Notes under the pieces: model-generated
Told to the model about the DNA's origin: nothing
Databases searched by the model: none
The model's input: the letters and a program-made list of their open reading frames with translations, nothing else
Part shown: piece by piece, positions 63,333-64,000 of the stretch
Layout: each line of letters starts with the position of its first letter
Position numbering within the stretch: position 1 is the stretch's first letter
Program-made: the position numbers and the translations under genes
Source: Adineta vaga
Taxonomy: Eukaryota > Animalia > Rotifera
Length of the DNA: 64,000 nt
Assembly (NCBI GenBank): GCA_021613535.1
Contig: CP075497.1
Location: forward strand, 12,152,001 to 12,216,000
Direction: 5' to 3'

Positions 63333-64000
63333 GAAACCTATGAAGAAAAACAAAACTGATTTGAAATTGAATATACCATTCAAAATGACTAGTTTTCCGT
63401 TATGATCTAAGACTAATGGTCGATGGCATAAATTAGGCGTGGAAGTATGGATTTTTCTTTATTTACTCTCTCAAAATGAAACTCAATAAGACTTTAGAGG
63501 TATATCTTTCATAAATTCCCTTAATTTCCATTGTTCAAACATTGAATTAATATCCATAGGAATATCTGTGATAAATAAACATGCTTACCTATCATTAAAA
63601 TCAATATATTCGTTTTCTAAAATGTTTTCCTCTTCCATAAGAGTAATAGAACTTCACTTTGTTAGAGATTTAATCTAAAAATAATTATTTAGATTCCGAG
63701 TATAGTATAGTATTGAATGACTCTATGTTAAAAGTAAATGTGCTTTCCGCATTTCTTCCCACAATACAGAAGGGAAACTTACGAGTTTTGATTTTAATTT
63801 TAACTGAACAACAAACCATATGAATGTGAGTGTAGTTTAGAATGAAGAGGAGACACTCATTCTTCCCGTCGAGTTGCGAAAAATATATCCGTAGTTTCTC
63901 ATTATAAAACGAACCTATATTATCGAAGAAGCAATCATGGATGAAGTAGGTTTTTTTAGAATAAAAATATGTGCGTATTTATTCGTTTTCTTTGTATGGT

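Overview
Eukaryotic, AT-rich (roughly 30% GC by eye), gene-dense animal DNA with many ~45-65 nt GT-AG introns. The style (short introns, bacterial/fungal-type enzymes carrying introns, a Vesta-like LTR element) suggests a bdelloid rotifer, but this is inference. Left to right: calmodulin, a PRD-class homeobox gene, GET1/WRB-like, V-ATPase F, SCAP, Tousled-like kinase and MSK/RPS6KA5. Next is a divergently transcribed, intron-containing allophanate hydrolase + urea carboxylase pair, i.e. a split urea amidolyase pathway that is not a normal animal pathway and is probably horizontally acquired; its intergenic region is GATAA-rich. Then an SDR, a multi-TM protein, a chimeric kinesin-6/kinesin-13 pseudogene fused at the DLAGSER motif, and an intact young Ty3/Gypsy LTR retrotransposon (tRNA-Asn-like PBS, -1 frameshift signal with pseudoknot) nested in a MITE. 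Then kinesin-13, xanthine dehydrogenase, a tandem duplication of the head-to-head XDH/secernin pair with reciprocal pseudogenisation, and a mucin-like gene. Gene coordinates span introns and were read by eye; no database searches were run.
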